Origin: an uncultured Chloroflexia bacterium
Lineage (GTDB): Bacteria; Chloroflexota; Dehalococcoidia; UBA2979
Reading direction: 5' to 3'
DNA length: 64,000 nt
Assembly: GCA_963728205.1 (NCBI GenBank)
Contig: CAVSIV010000001.1
Coordinates: forward strand, 32,001-96,000
Shown: positions 57,880 to 64,000 of the stretch, in pieces
Layout: each line of letters starts with the position of its first letter
How positions within the stretch are numbered: the stretch's first letter is position 1
Notes under the pieces: model-generated
The model's database searches: none
What the model saw: the letters and a program-made list of their open reading frames with translations, nothing else
Told to the model about the DNA's origin: nothing
Program-made: the position numbers and the translations under genes

Positions 57880-60657
57880 ATGACCCAGTCGACTCCACCG
57901 CTGCACGGCCTCCGCGTGATCGACCTCGCGGGCGAGGCCGGGCTGTTCGCCGGCCGCGAGCTCGGCGAGCTCGGCGCCGACGTCATCCGCGTCGAGCCGC
58001 CCGGCGGCGACGCCGTGCGGCGACGCCGGCCGTTCCTCGGCGGCGAGGCCGGGGTCGAGCGCAGCCTCCACCACCAGCACTTCAACGCGAACAAGCGCGG
58101 CGTCGTGCTCGACCTCGCGGCGCCGGCCGGGCGCGACGCCCTGCAGCGCCTCGTCGGCTCCGGCGACGTCCTGCTGCACACGCTGCGACCCGACGAGCGC
58201 GACGCCCTCGGGCTCGGCGATGACGCGCTGCGGGTGCTGCAGCCGTCGCTCGTGCAGGTCGCGCTCGCGCCGTTCGCCGTGGACGGTCCGATGCGCGACT
58301 ACCGCGGGAACGACCTGGTCGCGGCGGCGGCGAGCGGGCTGATGTACCTCAACGGCTTCCCCGAGGACCCGCCGAACGTCCCCGGCGCCGAGCAGGCCTA
58401 CCACATGGGCAGCCTCGTCGCCGCGGCCGGCGCGCTGATCGCGGTGGTCGGCCGCGAGCGCGACCCGTCGCGCGGCGGCGCGCGGATCGACGTCGCGCTG
58501 CAGGACGCCGCGGCGATGGCGACGCTGCAGATCGCGAACGCAAACATCTTCGCGTGGCACGGGACGGTGCCGCGTCGCACCGGCGTCGCGGGGGCGACGG
58601 GCGCGCGCTCGCTCTTTCCCTGCCGCGACGGCCGCTGGATCAGCTTCGTCGTCCCGCTCGGCGCGCCGCACCTGTGGGAGGCGTTCGTGGCGTGGATGGT
58701 CGAAGAGGGCATCGGCGCGCCGCTCAGGGCGCCCGAGTGGAGCGACCCGTTCCACCGCGCCCGCAATGCCTCTGTGACCGCCGGCGTGATCGAGGCGCTC
58801 TGCGCGCGCCACGACCGCGCCGAGCTCTTCCGCGAGGGCCAGCGCCGCCGCATGCTCGTGATGCCGGTGAGCAACGCGCGCGACCTGCTCGAGGACGAGC
58901 ACCTGCGCGCGCGTTCGTTCTTTTCGCGCTACCCGCAGCCCGCGCTGGGCGGCATCGAGCTGGAGGACGCCGGCCCGCCGTACCGCTTCAGCGCGACCCC
59001 CGTCGCCCCCACCCGTCCCGCCCCCGCGCTCGGCCAGCACACGGCCGAGGTGCTCGCGAAGCTGGTCACAGCGGCGGCGGACACGCCGCCGGCCGGCGCG
59101 CGCGCGACAGACGCCACAGCGGCGGCAGACATGCCGCCGACCGATGCGCGCGCGACAGACGCCACAGCAGCGGCGGACACGCCGCCGACCGATGCGCGCG
59201 CGACAGACGCCACAGCGGCGGCAGATATGCCGCCGACCGATGCGCGCGCGACAGACGCCACAGCAGCGGCGGACACGCCGCCGACCGATGCGCGCGCGAC
59301 AGACGCCACAGCGGCGGCAGATATGCCGCCGACACCAGCGGCGGCGGACACGCCGCCGACCGATGCGCGCGAGACGGCCGGCCCGGACGGGCTCGCCGGA
59401 CCGGCGACGCGAGCGGCGCGCCCGGGCGGCGCGCAGTCGGAAGGTGTGCGCCTTCCCCTGCACGGCCTCCGCGTCGCCGACTTCTTCTGGCTCATCGCCG
59501 GGCCGTCCGCGTCGCGCATGCTCGCCGACTTCGGCGCCGACGTGATCAAAATCGAATCCGAGTCGCGCGTCGACAACATCCGCACCATCGGCGTGCAGCC
59601 GAGCGAGCCCGGCAGCATCAACACCAACGGCGTCTTCAACGACTGCAACGCGAGCAAACGCTCGGTGACCCTCAACCTCAACCACCCCCGCGGCATCGAG
59701 CTCGCGAAGGACATCGTCGCCCGCTCGGACATCGTCACGAACAACTTCACCGCCGATCGCATGGATCGGTGGGGCCTCGGCTACGACGACCTGCGGGAGG
59801 TGAAGCCCGACATCATCATGCTGACGATGCCGGTGATGGGCCGCTCGGGCCCGTACAAGAGCTACGGCTCGTACGGCAACGGCGTGATCGCCTACAGCGG
59901 GCTCTCGTCGAATATGGGCTTCCCCGATCGCCCGCCGACCGGCATCGCGCCGCTCTACTCCGACTTCTCCGCGCCCTACGTCGCGGTCGCCGCGCTGATG
60001 GCCGCGCTGTACCACCGCGAGCACACCGGCGAGGGCCAGCACATCGAGCTCGCCCAGGCCGAGGCGACGATCAACCTGCTCGGCAGCGGCATCCTCGAGA
60101 CCTCCGCGAACGGCGAGCTGCCGCCGCGGCTCGGCAACCGCTCGCGCGACTGCGCCCCCCACGGCGCCTACCCATGTGTCGGTGAGGATCGCTGGCTCGC
60201 GATCGCGTGCGTCGACGACGCCGAATGGGCGCGCCTCGCGGCTGCCATCGAGCAGCCGGCGCTCGCGACCGACCCGCGCTTCGCGACGCTCGACGCGCGC
60301 AAGGCGCACGAGGACGCGCTCGACGCGCTCATCACCGCCTGGACGCGCGGGCGCGAGCCGTGGGCAGCGATGCGCCTGCTTCAGGGCCGCGGCGTGATGG
60401 CCGCCGTCGTCGAGGATCTCGAGGACATGGTCACGCGCGACCCCTGGCTCTCGACGCGCCACTTCGTCCCGCTCGCGCGCGAGGACGAGGAGATCGTCTT
60501 CGCGACGCACAGCCAGCCCGCGCGGCTCAACGGCGCGTCGGTGCCGTCGCGGCGCGCGCCCTACTTCGGCGAGGACAACGAGGCGGTGTTCAAGGGCCTG
60601 CTCGGCATCTCGGACGGCGAGTACGCGGCGCTGCTCGCCGAGGGCGTGCTGCACTGA
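57880..60657 (+). CDS. Tandem-domain class III CoA-transferase with a repeat-expanded linker
   Basis: LHGLRVIDL...NANKR. Second domain LHGLRVADFFWLIAGP, NASKRS and YSDF. Linker is (TAAADxPPTDARATDA)n. Confidence 0.92.
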   Translation: MTQSTPPLHGLRVIDLAGEAGLFAGRELGELGADVIRVEPPGGDAVRRRRPFLGGEAGVERSLHHQHFNANKRGVVLDLAAPAGRDALQRLVGSGDVLLHTLRPDERDALGLGDDALRVLQPSLVQVALAPFAVDGPMRDYRGNDLVAAAASGLMYLNGFPEDPPNVPGAEQAYHMGSLVAAAGALIAVVGRERDPSRGGARIDVALQDAAAMATLQIANANIFAWHGTVPRRTGVAGATGARSLFPCRDGRWISFVVPLGAPHLWEAFVAWMVEEGIGAPLRAPEWSDPFHRARNASVTAGVIEALCARHDRAELFREGQRRRMLVMPVSNARDLLEDEHLRARSFFSRYPQPALGGIELEDAGPPYRFSATPVAPTRPAPALGQHTAEVLAKLVTAAADTPPAGARATDATAAADMPPTDARATDATAAADTPPTDARATDATAAADMPPTDARATDATAAADTPPTDARATDATAAADMPPTPAAADTPPTDARETAGPDGLAGPATRAARPGGAQSEGVRLPLHGLRVADFFWLIAGPSASRMLADFGADVIKIESESRVDNIRTIGVQPSEPGSINTNGVFNDCNASKRSVTLNLNHPRGIELAKDIVARSDIVTNNFTADRMDRWGLGYDDLREVKPDIIMLTMPVMGRSGPYKSYGSYGNGVIAYSGLSSNMGFPDRPPTGIAPLYSDFSAPYVAVAALMAALYHREHTGEGQHIELAQAEATINLLGSGILETSANGELPPRLGNRSRDCAPHGAYPCVGEDRWLAIACVDDAEWARLAAAIEQPALATDPRFATLDARKAHEDALDALITAWTRGREPWAAMRLLQGRGVMAAVVEDLEDMVTRDPWLSTRHFVPLAREDEEIVFATHSQPARLNGASVPSRRAPYFGEDNEAVFKGLLGISDGEYAALLAEGVLH
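59068..59376 (+). repeat. In-frame 48-bp tandem repeat built from the REP arm (5 full units plus 2 partial)
   Basis: Units start at 59068, 59116, 59164, 59212, 59260 and 59308. Units 4 and 6 contain AGCGGCGGCAGATATGCCGCCGAC exactly. Confidence 0.93.
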
Positions 60658-60666
60658 CGGCGTGAC

Positions 60667-60828
60667 GGCGCGCGGCGGACGTCAGGCCCGCCGTGCCCAG
60701 AGCCCACCCACAGCGGCGGCAGATATGCCGCCGACGGCTCGGCGGCGCACGCCGCCGGGACAGCGGCGGCGTGTCTGCCGCCGCTTGCGTCGGTGACCCG
60801 CGGTAGTGCTGAAGGCCCGCCCCGCGCC
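60667..60828. repeat. Degenerate composite nested REP element
   Basis: GGCGCGCGGCGGACGTCAGGCCCGCCGTG, then the REP doublet at 60712-60785, then CTGAAGGCCCGCCCCGCGCC. Confidence 0.78.
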
Positions 60829-63795
60829 CTACCCCCGCGCCGCCGTCGCCGCGGCGAGCTCGCCGCCGACGACTCCGTCGCCGTTCGACTCCAGCCAGCC
60901 GCGCAGCTCGTGGCGCGAGCGCAGGCTGAGCTTGCGCAGCACGTTGTGCATGTGGGTGGTCACGGTGCGATGGCTGACCCACAGCATTCGCGCGATCTCC
61001 GCGTCGCGGAGGCCCTGCGCCGCCAGCCGCAGCACCTGCGACTCGCGCGGCGTGAGCTGGCGGCCGTCCGACCGCCGTGCGCGCGGCGGTCGCCGTCCGA
61101 GGTCGTGCAGGCGACGACGCACGGAGTTCAGCTCCGGCTCTGCGCCCATCTCGCGCAGCAGCTCGAACGCCGCGCCCAGGTGCTCCGCCGCGCCGTCGGG
61201 GTCGGTCGCGGCGAGCAGCGCGCCGGCGCGGTGACGCGCCCGCGCGGCGCGCCAGCGGTAGCCGCGCGCCCCAAAGGCCTCGGCGGCCGCGACGGAGCCT
61301 GCAGCGGCGTCGGCGTCGCGCCCCTCGGCGGCGGCGCCCTCCGCGCGGACGGCGAGCGCCTGCGCCGTGAACAGCGGCGACGCGCCCTCCGGGATCGACG
61401 CGAGGCAGGCGTCGAACGCGCCCACCGCCCGCAGCGTCCCGTCGCGGTCGCCGGCGGCGAGGTGCATCGCCGCGAGGCGCGGGTAGACCTCGAACAGCAG
61501 CGTGCGGCGGCGCGACGGTGTCTCGTCGATGAGCAGGCGCTCCGCGGCGTCGATGCGCTCCACCGCGCCCGCCACGTCGCCGTGGCTCCACGCGAGCTCG
61601 GACGCGGCGATCGCGTGCGCGACGCCGCGGCGCGGGTTGGTGTCGTCGTGCGCGCCCTCGAGCCCCGACGCGCCCAGCTCCATCTGCAGCGCGGCCTCGG
61701 CGGCGCGTCCGCGGAGCGACTCGAGGATGCTGAGCGTCGTGCGGCTCGCGGCGAGCGCGCGCAGGCGGTGCAGCGCGACGTCGGTCTGCACGGCGAGCCG
61801 CGCGGCGGCCCGCGCCTCCTCCCATTCGCCCGACTCCTGGTACGCCTGCGCCAGCCGCACCGACACCCACTCGAGCGCGGCGGAGTCCCCGCATCGCTGT
61901 GCGCGCTGCAGGCTGCGCCGCAGCCACCGGATCGCGCGCGGCAGCGTCTCGAGGTCGGCGAGGCAGTTGCCGACGCCCATCGACGCGCGTGCCACCGCGC
62001 GTTCGCTCCTCGAGCGCCGGGCCAGCTCGAGCGCGTGCTGCACGACGACGAGCGACGCCCGCGGCTCGCCCGCGTAGTGGATCAGCGAGTGGTACGAGAC
62101 CCAGATGTCCGACGCGAGCTCCAGCTCGCCGAGCTGCTCCGCGTCCTCCGCCGCCTGCTTCGCCAGGCGGCGCGCCTCATCGTGGCGGCCGAGCTGATCG
62201 GCGACGCGGCCGGCGTCCTCCGCTGCGCGCAGCCGCAGCTGCGGCGTGAGGTCCGGGTCGTCGAGCAGCGTGCGGTAGAGGCGCAGGGCTTCGGCGTCGT
62301 GGCCGGCGGAGACGCGGTCGCGCGCCGCGCGCATCAGAATGCGCGCGCGGGCGTCGGGGTCGCGCACGGTCGGGCGCGCGGTGGCGATCACCTGCTCGGC
62401 ATCGCGCCACTCGCCCAGCCGCGACGACGCCTCGGCGAGCAGCGCGTACGCGCCCTCCGGCACGGAGTCGACGTGGCGCTCGGCGGCCACGCGCGCCATC
62501 AGCCGCGTGAGCAGGTCGCGCGACTGCGCGTAGCGGCTGGTTGCGTTGAGGCGCCGCGCCGCGCGCATCACGGTCTCGAGCCGCGCGGCGTCGATCGGCG
62601 CCGCGCCGCGCACGTAGTGCTCGGCGGCAGTGACGGCGGTGTCGTCCTCCTCGCCGCTGCCGGTCGCCGCCCCGAGCAGCGCGGCGGCGCGGTCGTGCAG
62701 CCGCTGGCGCTCGAGGACGGCCGTGTCCTCGAGCACGACCAGCTGCAGCATCGGGTCGCCCAGCCGCAGGCGGACCGGCACGGTCCGCTCCGATACGAGG
62801 ATCAGACCGCGCTGCTCGAGGTGCTCGGCGGCGCGGAACGTCGTCTCCGGGTCGAGGCCGGTGAGGGACTGCAGATCGGCGAGCGTCGCGGGCGCGCGCC
62901 ACACGGCGAGCGCGCGCACGAGCCGGCCCTCGTCGGCGTCGAGCGCCTCCAGCGCGGGTGCCAGGCGGTCGCGCAGCCGCTCGGGGGCGCGGATGGTGGT
63001 GAGCGATCGCGCCCCGAGCAGGATCTGCGCGCGGTCACGCGGCGGCAGGCGCAGCAGCTCGTCGACGACCGAGCGCACCTGCAGCGGGTTGCCGCTCGTG
63101 AGCTCGGCGAGGTCGTGGGTGAAGGACGCGGTCCGGCTCTCGAGGTCGGGGTGCGCGGCGATCATTCTGTCGATGCTCGCCGCCGAGAGCGGCGGCAGCT
63201 CGACGACATCGAACAGCGGGCTGCCGCGCAGGTCCGAGAGGAGCGCGGCGGCCTCGGGCGTCAGCGCCACGCCGCGCGGCGCGGTGACGACGAGCGCGAA
63301 CGGCCCGGTGGGCGGCCGCCGCGCGAGATCGCGGATCAGCGCGACGTCCTCGGGGCTGCAGCGGTGCAGGTCGTCGATCACGAGCGCGGCCGGCCGGCGC
63401 CGCGCGACGAGCGCGTCGAGCTCGGAGCGCGCGCGGCGGGCGAGCGCGGCCGGTCGCGTCTCCGGCGTCTCACCGGGCTGCAGTTCCTCCGCGACGCGCG
63501 CGGCGAGCAGCAGCGGCAGGCGGCGATCGAGCGCGTGGTGCACGATCGTCGTGAAGTCGCGGGCGCGGGCGAGGTGCGCGACCTCGTCGGCGAAGGTCGT
63601 GCGGCCGATGCCGGTGGGGCCCGTGGCGGCGAGGCCGGCGGCTGCGCCGTCGGCGGCGGCGTCGAGCGCGCGCGTCGCGGCAGCGAGATCGGCGTCGCGC
63701 CCCACCAGCGTCGGTCGTCCGGCCGCTGCGGCCGTGCCGGCGGTCGTGGAGGGCCGGAACGAGGGCGGGACGAGGAGCGGCGGGGACTCGGGCAT
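60829..63795 (-). CDS. Large ATP-binding LuxR-family (LAL-like) regulator, paralogue of 6543-9425
   Basis: LVGRD, GPTGIGRT, IDDLH, SGNP and C-terminal LTPRESQVLRLAAQGLRDAEIA...RTVTTHM. Shares SRYA and ARD...LYRTLL blocks with the first copy. Confidence 0.92.
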   Translation of the reverse strand: MPESPPLLVPPSFRPSTTAGTAAAAGRPTLVGRDADLAAATRALDAAADGAAAGLAATGPTGIGRTTFADEVAHLARARDFTTIVHHALDRRLPLLLAARVAEELQPGETPETRPAALARRARSELDALVARRRPAALVIDDLHRCSPEDVALIRDLARRPPTGPFALVVTAPRGVALTPEAAALLSDLRGSPLFDVVELPPLSAASIDRMIAAHPDLESRTASFTHDLAELTSGNPLQVRSVVDELLRLPPRDRAQILLGARSLTTIRAPERLRDRLAPALEALDADEGRLVRALAVWRAPATLADLQSLTGLDPETTFRAAEHLEQRGLILVSERTVPVRLRLGDPMLQLVVLEDTAVLERQRLHDRAAALLGAATGSGEEDDTAVTAAEHYVRGAAPIDAARLETVMRAARRLNATSRYAQSRDLLTRLMARVAAERHVDSVPEGAYALLAEASSRLGEWRDAEQVIATARPTVRDPDARARILMRAARDRVSAGHDAEALRLYRTLLDDPDLTPQLRLRAAEDAGRVADQLGRHDEARRLAKQAAEDAEQLGELELASDIWVSYHSLIHYAGEPRASLVVVQHALELARRSRSERAVARASMGVGNCLADLETLPRAIRWLRRSLQRAQRCGDSAALEWVSVRLAQAYQESGEWEEARAAARLAVQTDVALHRLRALAASRTTLSILESLRGRAAEAALQMELGASGLEGAHDDTNPRRGVAHAIAASELAWSHGDVAGAVERIDAAERLLIDETPSRRRTLLFEVYPRLAAMHLAAGDRDGTLRAVGAFDACLASIPEGASPLFTAQALAVRAEGAAAEGRDADAAAGSVAAAEAFGARGYRWRAARARHRAGALLAATDPDGAAEHLGAAFELLREMGAEPELNSVRRRLHDLGRRPPRARRSDGRQLTPRESQVLRLAAQGLRDAEIARMLWVSHRTVTTHMHNVLRKLSLRSRHELRGWLESNGDGVVGGELAAATAARG

Positions 63796-63832
63796 GCCCG
63801 CGAGTCTAGCCGTGCCGGGCCCTGCCGTGGAA

Positions 63833-63898
63833 ATACGTATTGCTCAGGTTCGGGCTACGTAGGTTGCGTAGTGGCCCCGACGGTGTGCTCCATATGAT
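63833..63898 (+). promoter_or_regulatory. TACGTA operator triplet and -10 element for a divergent gene starting beyond the window
   Basis: TACGTA 63834, TACGTA 63856, TGCGTA 63865 and TATGAT at 63893. GGAGG at the window end. Confidence 0.62.
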
Positions 63899-64000
63899 CG
63901 CGTGGGGGATAGGTCCGGCGGCTCGCGATCCAGCGGCGTCGCCGGCTCGCAACGCGGGTGGGCGCGCTTCACACCCGTTTCGCTCAATGACCCGGAGGGA

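Overview
Very GC-rich bacterial DNA. The Tat-lipoprotein family-5 binding proteins (SRRGLLRG...AGLAGAALIGCG) and the expanded CaiB and carboxylase paralogues suggest Chloroflexota/Dehalococcoidia; this is inference. The window is mostly acyl-CoA catabolism and transport: egtB-egtD, two LAL-type LuxR regulators, an acyl-CoA dehydrogenase, three tandem-domain class III CoA-transferases, a PTE-like lactonase, two peptide-type ABC systems, a crotonase, a PRISE-like SDR, an HpaB/AbfD-family protein, a thiolase and three single-chain BC-BCCP-CT carboxylases. An accessory block at 24-37.5 kb holds a VanY-like peptidase, a DinB gene between direct repeats, an S8 protease with a (SSYWD)x6 tail followed by a membrane GGDEF-EAL sensor, a GT39 glycosyltransferase, a His-less HisKA_3-like microprotein, an FMN-bind/ApbE/RnfD-like module and a lone NuoF-like protein. 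Main leads: (1) the S8 protease/W-repeat/sensor pair as a candidate peptide-signalling system; (2) a nested REP/REPIN-like repeat family with an invertible core that has also entered a coding linker in frame; (3) a TACGTA operator with the same geometry at three promoters; (4) four of five frameshifts read GANTC where GATC restores the frame, probably a methylation-linked sequencing artefact. No rRNA, tRNA, CRISPR array or transposase was recognised.
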